From the NCBI GenBank assembly GCA_965261025.1, contig OZ253438.1:600001-632000 (forward strand): a stretch of 32,000 nt of DNA, given 5' to 3'. The DNA comes from Chlamydiales bacterium. Lineage in GTDB: Bacteria; Chlamydiota; Chlamydiia; Chlamydiales; SM23-39. Under the pieces are notes generated by a model that saw nothing but the letters and a program-made list of their open reading frames with translations, did not search any database and had not been told where the DNA came from. Shown here in pieces: positions 15,163-24,753 of the stretch. Both the position numbers and the translations under genes were made by a program. Each line of letters begins with the position of its first letter. Position 1 is the first letter of the stretch.

Positions 15163-16995
15163 ATGTGCGGAATTTTCGGATATACAGGAAAAGAAAACTC
15201 CTTAGCGATATGTCTTAAAGGGCTGAAACAACTGGAGTATAGAGGGTATGACTCTGCAGGAATTGCTGGGGTACAAAATGGGGAACTTGTCTTTGTCAAA
15301 GATTCTAGTAAAATCAGTCTCTTAGAAGAGAAAATTTTAGAAAAAAATTACTCTTTAGATGCTGCTATAGGGCATACTAGATGGGCAACTCATGGGAAAC
15401 CTACCTATGAAAATGCTCACCCTCATTTTGATGAAAAGCTTTCTTTGGCTTTAGTACACAATGGGATTATAGAAAACTATGACTCTTTAAAAGAAATGCT
15501 CAAAAGCAAGGGGTTTTTTTTCCGTTCAGAGACAGATACCGAGGTAATTGCGCAACTCATTGCGTACCACTACAAAGGGGAATTATATAAGGCCGTTCAG
15601 AAAGCAGTAAAACTTCTTAAAGGATCTTTGGCTATTGCGGTAATTCACAAAGATTTTCCAGAAGAAATTGTAGCTACTACTCGAGAAAGCCCTTTAACTA
15701 TCGGTTATGACACAGAGAAGACGGAAGGATGGATCTCTTCTGACCCTAACTCTTTTTTGGGAAAATCCCTAAATATCTTTTTTCTCAAAAATGATGAAAT
15801 AGCGCGAGTAAACAAAGGGGCCATTACGATCTTTGATAAAAACCTAGAGAGAATTTTCAAGAAGGCAGAAAAACTAGAATCCGAATATGAGGCGCCGAGC
15901 AAAAAAGGCTTTGAACATTTCATGCTCAAAGAGATCTATGAACAGCCTTTGACTATCCAAAAAGCTCTTCTGGGCAGATTTTCAGAGAGTTTTGGCAACG
16001 TAGAATTTGAAAGCTTTCATTTCAGCCCTAAAGAGCTCTCTGCTACAAGCCATATTTTGATGGTAGCCTGTGGTACCTCTTGGCATGCAGGATGCATTGG
16101 AGCTGCTATATTAGAGGAAAAAGCGCGTATTCCAACCCAAGCAGAAATAGCTTCAGAACTTCGTTATAAAAACCCTATTATTTCCAAAGAAACTTTAGTA
16201 GTAGCTATTAGTCAATCAGGAGAAACCGCAGATACCATTGCTGCTGTAAGAGAAGCAAAAACCAAAGGAGCCAAAATCCTTGGAATTTGTAATGTGAAAA
16301 ACTCTACCTTAACCAGGGAATCTGATAGCTGCATTTTCCTAAAGGCAGGTCCTGAAATTGGTGTTTGCTCTACTAAAGCCTTTACCTCACAAATCGCTGT
16401 TTTATACCTATTTGCCCTGCTTATGGCTCGTCTTCGCCACCTTAATAAACAAGAGACTTTTTTCTTCTGGCAACATCTAAAAAAGATCCCTCAAAAGATA
16501 AAACAAGTACTGGATAAAGCGTCTGAAATTGAGTCTATTGCCAAAAAATACAGCCAGTATAACCACTTCTTTTTTCTAGGAAGAAGGTACATGTATGCAA
16601 CATGCCTGGAAGCTGCTTTAAAACTCAAAGAGATTTCCTATGTAAATGCCAATGGCTATCCGGCAGGAGAGCTAAAGCATGGCCCTATTGCTTTACTAGA
16701 CGCAAATTTTCCTATCATTGCTTTTTGCGCTAACCTACAAACTTATGAAAAAATGGCTTCTAATCTCATGGAAGTAAAAGCAAGAGGTGCTCCTGTTTTT
16801 GCCCTAATTCCTCAAGGGTTTGAAGAAATGAATCACATAGCAGATGATATCTTCTATCTTCCTTATACTCTAGATGAGCTAGCTGTGTTTCCCTCCTCTG
16901 TAGCAGGACAGCTTTTTGCTTACTACGTTGCCAAAAATAGAGGCGCAGAAATTGACCAACCAAGAAATCTAGCCAAGTCGGTTACTGTCGAATAA
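15163..16995 (+). CDS. glmS: glutamine--fructose-6-phosphate aminotransferase (isomerising)
   Basis: 610 aa. It has the N-terminal nucleophile MCGIFGY, GHTRWATHG, two SIS domains (SQSGETADT) and the canonical C-terminus ...PRNLAKSVTVE. Confidence 0.97.
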   Translation: MCGIFGYTGKENSLAICLKGLKQLEYRGYDSAGIAGVQNGELVFVKDSSKISLLEEKILEKNYSLDAAIGHTRWATHGKPTYENAHPHFDEKLSLALVHNGIIENYDSLKEMLKSKGFFFRSETDTEVIAQLIAYHYKGELYKAVQKAVKLLKGSLAIAVIHKDFPEEIVATTRESPLTIGYDTEKTEGWISSDPNSFLGKSLNIFFLKNDEIARVNKGAITIFDKNLERIFKKAEKLESEYEAPSKKGFEHFMLKEIYEQPLTIQKALLGRFSESFGNVEFESFHFSPKELSATSHILMVACGTSWHAGCIGAAILEEKARIPTQAEIASELRYKNPIISKETLVVAISQSGETADTIAAVREAKTKGAKILGICNVKNSTLTRESDSCIFLKAGPEIGVCSTKAFTSQIAVLYLFALLMARLRHLNKQETFFFWQHLKKIPQKIKQVLDKASEIESIAKKYSQYNHFFFLGRRYMYATCLEAALKLKEISYVNANGYPAGELKHGPIALLDANFPIIAFCANLQTYEKMASNLMEVKARGAPVFALIPQGFEEMNHIADDIFYLPYTLDELAVFPSSVAGQLFAYYVAKNRGAEIDQPRNLAKSVTVE

Positions 16996-17151
16996 TCTCC
17001 CAATTTTACGTAAGGTAGGTTGCTCAAGGTTTTGAAAAGCCCCTCCCCACGAGAAGGGCACTATAAAAAGGGCCGCTTTTATTTTGAAAGTATAGGATCG
17101 AAGCGAATCTAAAAATCCCCTGTGAAAAGTATATCCCCAAAAAATATCCCT

Positions 17152-18198
17152 CTAAGCTAGAGTGATCTTAGGATTTTTATAGATATCTTGGATTGCGTGT
17201 AAGAGCCTTACTCCCTCTTGGATCTTTTTCTGAAAGGCCTTCCTTCCAGAGATAAGCCCAATACCCCCTGCTCTTTTATTAATAATTGCGGTTTTAACGA
17301 CTTGAGCTAGATCATCTTTTCCAGAAGGGCCTCCCGAGTTAATAAGGCCTATCTTGCCCAGGTAGCCATTTATTACCTGATATCTACAAAGATCTATAGG
17401 GTGATCGGAAGTAAGATCGTACATTTGTTTTGAGAATTTTCCAAATTTAAGTACTTCAAAACCCCTATTAGTGGAAGGAAGTTTTTGCTTTACAATATCT
17501 GCCTGGAGTGTTGCCCCTAGATGATTTGCTTGGCCAGTAAGATCTGAGGCTTCGTGAAAATCCTCTTTGTTTTTAAAAGCACTATTTCTCAAGTAACACC
17601 ACAAAACCGTAAACATTCCCAAATCATGCGCTTTTTCAAAGGCCTTTGCTATTTCTATAATCTGTCTTCTACTTTCCAAAGAGCCAAAATAAATGGTAGC
17701 TCCTACCCCTACGCATCCCTGCTCATAGGCTTTATGAACTGAAGTAAAAAGAATCTGATCATAACTATTAGGATAAGAAAGAAGCTCGTTATGGTTTAGT
17801 TTCAAAATTAGGGGAAGTTTATGAGCATACTTACGTGCAATAAGACCTAAAACTCCTGAAGTAGTAGCCAAGGCATTACATCCTCCTTCTAAGGCAAGTC
17901 TGCAGAGATTTTCTGGATCAAAATAATCAGGATTTACTGCAAAAGAAGCGCCTGCCGTGTGTTCTATTCCCTGATCTACAGGCAAAATAGAAACATATCC
18001 TGTTTGGGCAAGTCTACCTTGAGAAAATAACCTTTGCAGGGAAGAAAGAGTCCGAATATTACGATCTGAGGGAAAAAAAACTTTATCCACCCAGTCTTTT
18101 CCTGGAGCACAGAGAAGCTCTTTAGAAAATTTTGACTGAAACTGTAAAAGATCCTCCCCTTCTTTTCCCAATAAAGACTCTATTTCTGAAAGATCCAT
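17152..18198 (-). CDS. fbaB: class I fructose-bisphosphate aldolase, FbaB/DhnA type
   Basis: 348 aa and near-collinear with E. coli FbaB as I remember it: [99 protein letters not shown] and INKRAGG.GLI.GRKAF.K. Confidence 0.92.
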   Translation of the reverse strand: MDLSEIESLLGKEGEDLLQFQSKFSKELLCAPGKDWVDKVFFPSDRNIRTLSSLQRLFSQGRLAQTGYVSILPVDQGIEHTAGASFAVNPDYFDPENLCRLALEGGCNALATTSGVLGLIARKYAHKLPLILKLNHNELLSYPNSYDQILFTSVHKAYEQGCVGVGATIYFGSLESRRQIIEIAKAFEKAHDLGMFTVLWCYLRNSAFKNKEDFHEASDLTGQANHLGATLQADIVKQKLPSTNRGFEVLKFGKFSKQMYDLTSDHPIDLCRYQVINGYLGKIGLINSGGPSGKDDLAQVVKTAIINKRAGGIGLISGRKAFQKKIQEGVRLLHAIQDIYKNPKITLA

Positions 18199-18246
18199 AA
18201 CTCCCCTAAAACTTCAGCAAACCATACGAAAAAAGATCTTTGCATC

Positions 18247-19572
18247 TCAAGATTTTTTTGCCCAGAAATGTTGAATTTCCTCAAAAGTCTTATTCTTTGT
18301 TTCAGGAACCCACTTTCTTACAAACCAAAGTGCTATAAGACAAATGGCTGCATACAGTAAAAAAGTCCCTGCTGTACTAAGCTGCTCTAAAAGAGTTAAA
18401 AAGGTTAACGAAACTATGTAATTACAAGTCCAGTTAGCAAAGACAGCAATCCCCATGGCTTTTCCTCTTATGCTTAGAGGATAAATTTCAGAAATAATTA
18501 GCCAAGCAACAGGACCTAAACTAATAGCAAAAAAAGCGACATAAGTGATCATACTTACAATAGAAGCTATACCTAACTCTTTTGCCTCCTCATAAAAAGA
18601 AAAACCCAGTATGAGTAGGGAAAAAAACATGCCTATTAATCCTACCATAAGAAGAGGCCTTCTTCCTGCTTTATCAATTAACCAAAGAGCAATAATTGTC
18701 ATGATCACATTTACTATTCCCACTCCAACTGTTGCCAAAATAGCTGTTTGACTACTTTGAAATCCTGCTGCCTGAAAAATTCGTGGGGCATAATAAATCA
18801 CTACGTTAATTCCGGTTATTTGCTGAAAAATAGAAATCCCAACTCCTATGATAAAAGGGGTTCGTACAGATCGATGAAAGATTCCTTTCTTCTTTGCTAG
18901 AATCCCTTCTTTTGTTTCCTGGGAATAAACTAGCTCAGGATGAAGCTGTTTTGCCGCCTTCTTTGCTTCTTTTTCTCTACCTTCCTCCAACAGCCAACTC
19001 GGTGTCTCTTTAATAAAAAAAAGCCCTATAAACAAAAGCGCTGTCGGGAAAAAAGCAAAGGCAAACATCCATCTCCATTGACCCTGATCTGAGTAACCAT
19101 AATCAACTAGGTAGGCTATCAAGATGCCGATAGTAATAGCTAGTTGATTGCAAGAAACTAAAGCGCCCCTGATCTTAGGGGGAGAGATTTCCGCGATATA
19201 CAGAGGAACACAAAGAGAGACAATTCCAATTGCCAATCCCAATATAAATCTTCCTATTAAAAAGAAAGATAGCGTATCTGCTACCACCAAGAAAAAAACC
19301 CCTATAGCAAATAAAAACACGGTAAAAAAAAGAGTTAGCTTTCTTCCCAATTTATCCGCCATGGAACCACCTAATAAAGCTCCAATTAAAGCTCCAACTA
19401 AAAGAGTGCTCACCACCAACTCTTGATCAAAAGTAGAAAAGGAAAATTGCTTAGTAATAAATAGTAAAGCACCTGAGATAACGCTTGTATTAAAACCAAA
19501 AAGCAGGCCTCCCAAAGAAGCAACGAATACAGAAAATAGTAAAAACTTAAGGGCAGCTTTGGGGTGTTGCAT
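18247..19572 (-). CDS. MFS sugar-porter family transporter (hexose/inositol:H+ symporter-like)
   Basis: 441 aa with 12 TM. Sugar-porter signatures are G.L.FG..T.VISGA, D..GRK/GRR loops, ETPSWL...GR..EA (the PESPRW-type motif), PE(L) and PETKNKTFEEI near the C-terminus. Confidence 0.88.
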   Translation of the reverse strand: MQHPKAALKFLLFSVFVASLGGLLFGFNTSVISGALLFITKQFSFSTFDQELVVSTLLVGALIGALLGGSMADKLGRKLTLFFTVFLFAIGVFFLVVADTLSFFLIGRFILGLAIGIVSLCVPLYIAEISPPKIRGALVSCNQLAITIGILIAYLVDYGYSDQGQWRWMFAFAFFPTALLFIGLFFIKETPSWLLEEGREKEAKKAAKQLHPELVYSQETKEGILAKKKGIFHRSVRTPFIIGVGISIFQQITGINVVIYYAPRIFQAAGFQSSQTAILATVGVGIVNVIMTIIALWLIDKAGRRPLLMVGLIGMFFSLLILGFSFYEEAKELGIASIVSMITYVAFFAISLGPVAWLIISEIYPLSIRGKAMGIAVFANWTCNYIVSLTFLTLLEQLSTAGTFLLYAAICLIALWFVRKWVPETKNKTFEEIQHFWAKKS

Positions 19573-19680
19573 AGATCCTCTCTTTGTATATACCTATTTC
19601 TGAGTGAACTAAATTTTTTATTTGAGTTCAAGCGCTTTTCATGATAAGACTAACTTTGAGTCTTCAAAGGGGGAAAAACC

Positions 19681-19953
19681 ATGTCGATTGCACCTAAGGT
19701 AAAAGGATCTGCAAAACAGTGGGGGGTTTGGGTTTTTGTGAAGTGGAAACCCGGAGCTCCTGACGGCGCTTGGAATGAATGGAAAAAAGAAAGCAGAATC
19801 AAGGAAGCTTGGAGTTTTTCAGGAGCTTGGGACTGTCTTTTGTGGATTGATCTAGAAGATCCGAGGGAAATAGAAAAACTGGTGTGGAGTCTAATCCGAC
19901 AAAATAAATGGGTAGAAAAAACAGAAACCCATTGGGCCAAAAAAGGCTGGTAA
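19681..19953 (+). CDS. small Trp-rich protein resembling a stand-alone Lrp/AsnC ligand-binding (RAM) domain
   Basis: 90 aa with a strong SD (GGGGGA). The pattern VWVFVKWKPG....AWNEWKK...IKEAWSFSGAWDCLLWIDLEDPREIEKLVWSLIR....VEKTETHWA follows the beta-alpha-beta-beta-alpha-beta AsnC-type consensus (V.V.PG..........V.....G.yD....v...d.eel........I....V..t.T). An antisense 96-aa frame is also open. Confidence 0.55.
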   Translation: MSIAPKVKGSAKQWGVWVFVKWKPGAPDGAWNEWKKESRIKEAWSFSGAWDCLLWIDLEDPREIEKLVWSLIRQNKWVEKTETHWAKKGW

Positions 19954-19956
19954 TTC

Positions 19957-20259
19957 CTACCTAGTAGAAAAATCGTTCATCGAAGCCCTAAGCCCGCACC
20001 CGGTGAGCGCTTCCACTATCTCAAACTGCAAATCACTCAACTCCTCTTGAAAAGGATAGCACCCCTTTGAGGAAAAGAATTCCTTTTTAGAAAGAAGGTC
20101 CTCATAGATCTCATACGCTATAGAATAGTTTCCCGCAAAAATAGCTTCCATGATTGCTAAATAAAAACAGTTGAGCCTCTCATGGGGGTCCCTACTTGTA
20201 AAAGGGAGCTGCTCGTAGTTCAAATAATTTAGATAAAAAACAGGATCCTCTTCCAGCAT
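19957..20259 (-). CDS. hypothetical small acidic protein
   Basis: 100 aa with a good SD (AAGAGGA). It has a net acidic composition and I recognise no family. It lies downstream of rimO on the same strand. Confidence 0.45.
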   Translation of the reverse strand: MLEEDPVFYLNYLNYEQLPFTSRDPHERLNCFYLAIMEAIFAGNYSIAYEIYEDLLSKKEFFSSKGCYPFQEELSDLQFEIVEALTGCGLRASMNDFSTR

Positions 20260-20417
20260 GAAATCCTCTTTAAACTCCTAGCTTTCTCATGGAGAAAATA
20301 ACTAAAGACTATTCGGCCATTTTTAGAAATTCTTCTTTTTTTGAAAAGCGAAAAACCCCCTTTTTGCAAAAAAAATACAGGGATCTTTGAGTTTTAGATA
20401 GTTCCAAAAATCTTTTT

Positions 20418-21806
20418 TTAAAGAACTACCAAAGGAGTGTTTTTACAAATAGGAATAGAAGATACCACTTTCCCAATTAGATCATAGTCAGCATAATCTG
20501 TAATCTCCACAAGATACCTTCTTGAAACCTCAGGAACTGTTTCAAAATCATTTAAAATAACTACCCCATCTACTTCAGGGCATTGATATTGATTTCTCCC
20601 CTGCAAAAGATAAGAAGAGTCGGGGTGAACTCCATCTATAACAACCGGATATCGCATTCCTATTTTTTTCTGATTTTCCTCTTTTGCTATCTGCCACAAA
20701 ACTGCTTGTAGTTGTTCCTGTCTTTGCTCTTTTATCTCCTGGGGTAGGTGTCCAGGTAAGCGGGCAGAATAAGACTCTTTTTCTTTAGAATAGGCAAACA
20801 CCCCCACTTGAGAAAGACGGACCTTTTTCACAAAAGAAAGAAGTTCTTCAAACTGCGCCTGTGTTTCAGAGGGAAATCCTACCATCAAGCTAGTTCGGAT
20901 AGCCATATCGGGAATTTTTCCTCGAATCATTTCTATGACCTGATAAATGTCTTCAGGAGAGGTTTTCCGATGCATCTTTTTCAAAAGATCTCCGTTTATA
21001 TGCTGGATAGGCATATCTATATAACGACATACCCTAGAGTCTGAGGCGATAATAGAAACAAGCTCTTCCTCTATTTCATCGGGATAAAGGTACAAAAGGC
21101 GTATCCAAAAATCCCCTTTTTCTTCTAAAATTTTTTGTAAAAGATAGGAAAAAGACTTTTTTTCAAGAAAATCTTTTCCGTAATCTCCTAAATCTTGTGC
21201 AATTAGGATAATCTCAAAAACTCCCTGAGATAAAAGAAGGCGCACTTCCTTCAATATCTGTTCAACCGATTTACTTTTTAACTTCCCCTTAATGTGGGGG
21301 ATAATGCAATACGAACATCTCTTCTTACACCCCTCTGCAATTTTTAAGTAGGCATAGTGTTTGGGAGTAGACAAAAACCGGGGAATTTCCCCCCATTGTA
21401 GGTAGCTCTTTTTCTCTGTTATCTCTTTCGAAAAAGTCTCTTTTTGTATCACTTCCACAATTTTTTCCATATCTCCTGAACCTAAAAGAGCATGTATATT
21501 GGGAAACTCTTTTTTTAAAATCTCAGGACATTTTTGTACCATACAACCTACAGCAATTACCTTAGCCCTTTCTTTTTTATAAGAAAAAAGCTCTTCAAAT
21601 ACTTGGAGTGCCTCCTCCCGAGCTGACTGCAAAAACCCACAAGTATTTACGATTAAAAAATCGGCCTCTTCTAAAGAGGGAGTTAGTTCATATCCTGATC
21701 TTAAAAGAAGGGCTATCATTACCTCACTATCTACAAGATTTCTAGCACAACCAAGGCTGGTGAAGTGAACCTTATTACAAGAATCCAAAATCTTTCTTCC
21801 ATTCAT
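20418..21806 (-). CDS. rimO: ribosomal protein S12 methylthiotransferase RimO (radical SAM MTTase)
   Basis: 462 aa. It has an N-terminal MTTase domain (SLGCARNLVDSEVM...ADFLIVNTCGF), the radical-SAM motif CKKRCSYC and a C-terminal TRAM-like domain. GC.+N.VDSE favours RimO over MiaB. Confidence 0.8.
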   Translation of the reverse strand: MNGRKILDSCNKVHFTSLGCARNLVDSEVMIALLLRSGYELTPSLEEADFLIVNTCGFLQSAREEALQVFEELFSYKKERAKVIAVGCMVQKCPEILKKEFPNIHALLGSGDMEKIVEVIQKETFSKEITEKKSYLQWGEIPRFLSTPKHYAYLKIAEGCKKRCSYCIIPHIKGKLKSKSVEQILKEVRLLLSQGVFEIILIAQDLGDYGKDFLEKKSFSYLLQKILEEKGDFWIRLLYLYPDEIEEELVSIIASDSRVCRYIDMPIQHINGDLLKKMHRKTSPEDIYQVIEMIRGKIPDMAIRTSLMVGFPSETQAQFEELLSFVKKVRLSQVGVFAYSKEKESYSARLPGHLPQEIKEQRQEQLQAVLWQIAKEENQKKIGMRYPVVIDGVHPDSSYLLQGRNQYQCPEVDGVVILNDFETVPEVSRRYLVEITDYADYDLIGKVVSSIPICKNTPLVVL

Positions 21807-21927
21807 GAAAACCCTCTACCTTTGCCCCGGTTAGGTTAACAAAAAAGGGGAAAAAAAGCCATCTTTGCCTTTGCAAAAAATCGGTTTTTCTTTAAAAGGT
21901 CTTAATAAACCTTGAGATGAGGAGAGT

Positions 21928-22860
21928 ATGGTCTGGGCTTTTGTAAGAAAAGCTTCCGTTTTTTGTCTTTGCCTGTTTCTTATCTTTACTTTTAGTTTTT
22001 TTCTGATGAAAGCCCTACCGGGGGATCCTTTTTCAGGAGATCAAGTAGTTCCAGAGGAGGTATTACAAAATTTATATGCTCACTTTGGTCTAGATCAGCC
22101 TTTATGGAAGCAGTATCTACGGTACTTACAAGGATGTCTTACCCTGGATTTAGGCCCTTCCTTAATCTATTCAGGAAGAGGGGTAAGAGAAATCATTTTG
22201 GAAGGATTTTTCATTAGCGCAAGACTGGGCGTACAAGCCTTTCTTTTCTCCCTTACCTTGGGAAGTCTTTTTGGTATTTTTTCAGCCTTACAAAAAGGGA
22301 AAAGAACAGATATTTTTCCCTTTCTTGTTACCACCTTAGGTCTTTCACTTCCGAATTTTGTGATTGCAACGCTACTTCAATACTTTCTTGCCATTTGGTG
22401 GCCTATTTTTCCTATAGCTACGTGGAGGGCTCCTTATTCTTCTTTTCTTCCTTCCCTTGCTCTTTCTTTTATGCCTATGGCCTACATAGCCAGGGTGATT
22501 CGCTCTGCTTTACTGGAAATTCTTGAACAAGACTACATTCTTCTTGCTAAAGCAAAAGGACTTTCCCCTTCCACTATTTTATTTAGACACGCTCTACCTT
22601 CTGCCTTTATCCCTATTCTTGGTTTTCTAGGTCCTTTAGCAGCCTACTTTTTGACAGGAAGCTTTATTGTGGAAAAGATCTTTGCTATTCCGGGACTAGG
22701 TCAATGGACTGTATCTAGCATTTTGCAGAGAGATTATACCACTATCATGGGTCTTATACTCTTCTTCAGCATTCTCTTATTTTCTACCGTGTTTTTTACA
22801 GATCTCATAAGGGCTTGGCTCAGTCCCAGAATCAAACTAGGAAGACCTCGTGAAACATGA
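21928..22860 (+). CDS. oppB: oligopeptide/dipeptide ABC transporter permease (OppB/DppB type)
   Basis: 310 aa. It has the N-terminal LPGDP motif, 6 TM and the EAA-loop region (...YILLAKAKGLS......RHALP). The SD is AGGAGAG. Confidence 0.85.
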   Translation: MVWAFVRKASVFCLCLFLIFTFSFFLMKALPGDPFSGDQVVPEEVLQNLYAHFGLDQPLWKQYLRYLQGCLTLDLGPSLIYSGRGVREIILEGFFISARLGVQAFLFSLTLGSLFGIFSALQKGKRTDIFPFLVTTLGLSLPNFVIATLLQYFLAIWWPIFPIATWRAPYSSFLPSLALSFMPMAYIARVIRSALLEILEQDYILLAKAKGLSPSTILFRHALPSAFIPILGFLGPLAAYFLTGSFIVEKIFAIPGLGQWTVSSILQRDYTTIMGLILFFSILLFSTVFFTDLIRAWLSPRIKLGRPRET

Positions 22861-23746
22861 TTTTTCTCCCTTTTCTTCTCTTGCTGTTTTTAAAGAGGAA
22901 GAGTTTCTTGTTCCCCCTCCTAATTTTTTCTCTTCTTTAAGAAAAAAACCTCTTTGTTTTGCCTCTTTTCTGATCCTTCTTTTTCTATGCCTTGCAGCCT
23001 GTTTTATTCCCCTGTTTTCTCCATATGATATTGACCAACTTCACTTAAGTCACATCAATGAACCTCCCTCTTTTTCTTTTTGGATGGGGACAGATGACTT
23101 AGGAAGGGATATTTTCACTCGTGTCTTTTATGGAGCTAGAATCTCTTTAGGGATCGGTCTTTTTGCCTCTTGTGTGGATCTTTTTTTTGGCGTCTTGATA
23201 GGGGCTTTTTCTGGTTACAGTAGCGGAAAATGGGATGAGAGCCTAATGCGATTTTGTGACATCCTGCATGCTCTACCTAATCTACTTATCGTCCTTTTGT
23301 TGATCATTACTTTTGGAAAAGGGCTTCTTGTTATCTTTTTGGCCATTTGTTTTTCGGGCTGGGTAAATATGGCAAGGGCTGTAAGAAGCCACGCTCTTGA
23401 ATTAAGATATAAGGAATTTATTTTATCCTCTATAGCCCTAGGAGCTTGTAAGAAGAGGATCTTATTTTCTCATTTAATCCCTAACTTGTGGGGCACTATT
23501 CTAGCAACCCTTACTTCTACTATTCCCCATGCTATATTTTTGGAAGCCTTTCTTAGCTTTTTATCTCTAGGTATAAGTCCCCCAACTCCTAGTTTAGGAG
23601 GGATGATAGGAGACGGCATAGGCACTCTTTCTTTTTTCCCTTGGAGGGTTTTTTTTCCCTCCCTTTTTATCTCCACTATTATGCTTTCCTTAAATCTTTT
23701 AGGAGATTACCTTAGGGATTTTTTAGATCCAAGGGAGAAAAAATGA
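22850..23746 (+). CDS. oppC: oligopeptide/dipeptide ABC transporter permease (OppC/DppC type)
   Basis: 298 aa from a GTG start preceded by AGGAAG. It has the GTD.LGRD.F.R..YGARISL signature and an EAA-type loop. It overlaps oppB by 11 nt and oppD by 4 nt. Confidence 0.85.
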   Translation: MKHDFSPFSSLAVFKEEEFLVPPPNFFSSLRKKPLCFASFLILLFLCLAACFIPLFSPYDIDQLHLSHINEPPSFSFWMGTDDLGRDIFTRVFYGARISLGIGLFASCVDLFFGVLIGAFSGYSSGKWDESLMRFCDILHALPNLLIVLLLIITFGKGLLVIFLAICFSGWVNMARAVRSHALELRYKEFILSSIALGACKKRILFSHLIPNLWGTILATLTSTIPHAIFLEAFLSFLSLGISPPTPSLGGMIGDGIGTLSFFPWRVFFPSLFISTIMLSLNLLGDYLRDFLDPREKK

Positions 23747-24753
23747 ATCCCCTGCTCAAGGTAGAAGAAGCCTTTGTCTGTTATAAATCTGGAGAAACAA
23801 GAAATCATGCTGTACAAGGAGTAAGCTTTTCAGTTTTCCCGAAGGAGATCTTGGGAGTAGTAGGAGAGTCTGGCTCTGGAAAAAGCTCCCTGTTTCAAAG
23901 TCTTTTTCGGCTTAACTCGAATAAAAAGGCTCAAATACGGCAAAAAAATTGTCTTTTTGATAACGAAGAGATTTCTCTTCTTTCAGAAAAGAGATTTCGA
24001 AAAAAAGTGTATCAAAAACTGGGCTGGGTCCCCCAAGATCCTTTTCTCTCACTTCATCCCAGAAAAAGAATCAAAGACCAACTCATAGAAGCTTTAATCT
24101 ATCACCAGATCTTACCCAAAAAAGAAGCCTTGGAAAGAGTAGCTTCTCTCTTGGAAGAAATGGAGGTTCCCCTTCAGAAAATGGAGCAGTATCCTCACGA
24201 GATGAGTGGAGGAATCCAGCAAAGGATTCTTCTTGCTATGGCGCTTAGTACCTATCCTCTTTTATTGATAGCAGATGAACCTACCTCTTCTTTAGATGTT
24301 ATTTTACAAAAGCAGCTCCTGCTCCTCTTTCAAAAGATCTATCAAAAATTTTCTACTACTTTAATTTTGATATCCCACGATATTGGGTTTTTAGCAAAGA
24401 TTTGCTCGCAAATTTTTGTCATGTATGGAGGAAAAATTGTGGAAAAGCAACCCACTTCTTCTCTTTTAAAAAATCCTTTGCACCCTTATACCAAGGCGCT
24501 GATAGGAGCAAGTCTTTCTTTTCAAAAGAAAAAACTTACTCCTATTCCTGGCTCTCTGCCTGTTTCAAATGTAGCTTTTACTTATTGTCCTTTTGTTTCA
24601 AGATGTCCTCATGCGATGCACGTTTGTACACAAAAGATTCCTCCTTTTTTTCCTTATTTAGAAAAGGGAGCTGCCTGTTGGAAATATCACCCGGATAACC
24701 CTTATGAAACCCTTTCTCGAAGTAAAGAATCTCTCTCACCGGTTCTTTTTTAA
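23743..24753 (+). CDS. oppD: oligopeptide ABC transporter ATP-binding protein (OppD type) with a Cys-rich C-terminal extension
   Basis: 336 aa. It has Walker A GESGSGKS, the signature MSGGIQQR, Walker B LLIADEPTSSLD, the H-loop SHD and a C-terminal oligopeptide-type tail (HPYT.AL...CPF..RCP.....C). Confidence 0.88.
   Translation: MNPLLKVEEAFVCYKSGETRNHAVQGVSFSVFPKEILGVVGESGSGKSSLFQSLFRLNSNKKAQIRQKNCLFDNEEISLLSEKRFRKKVYQKLGWVPQDPFLSLHPRKRIKDQLIEALIYHQILPKKEALERVASLLEEMEVPLQKMEQYPHEMSGGIQQRILLAMALSTYPLLLIADEPTSSLDVILQKQLLLLFQKIYQKFSTTLILISHDIGFLAKICSQIFVMYGGKIVEKQPTSSLLKNPLHPYTKALIGASLSFQKKKLTPIPGSLPVSNVAFTYCPFVSRCPHAMHVCTQKIPPFFPYLEKGAACWKYHPDNPYETLSRSKESLSPVLF

Noticed and set aside
16996-17151. 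Looked for a bidirectional intrinsic terminator between glmS and fbaB
   Set aside because: Only weak stems were found: GCCC/GGGC with a 13-nt loop, and AAAAG/CTTTT around GGCCG. Neither has a convincing GC-rich stem plus U-tract.
19650-19940. 96-aa minus-strand ORF antisense to the Trp-rich ORF
   Set aside because: It has no SD and a Ser/Leu/Phe/His-rich, motif-less translation. The plus-strand frame has a strong SD and a recognisable domain pattern. It is kept as a caveat in the finding.
20338-20368. A/T-rich hairpin, GCAAAAA-GGGGG-TTTTT(C)GC on the minus strand, downstream of rimO as a possible terminator
   Set aside because: The stem is almost entirely A:U with a bulge, so its stability is marginal. 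It could equally be chance in AT-rich DNA. It is not reported as a feature.
23858-23879. A 22-nt exact DNA repeat, TAGTAGGAGAGTCTGGCTCTGG, shared between oppD (23858-23879) and oppF (24819-24840)
   Set aside because: Both copies encode the Walker A segment (V)VGESGSG of paralogous ABC ATPases. Paralogy and codon preference, possibly with local gene conversion, explain the repeat. It is not a mobile-element or recombination-site repeat.
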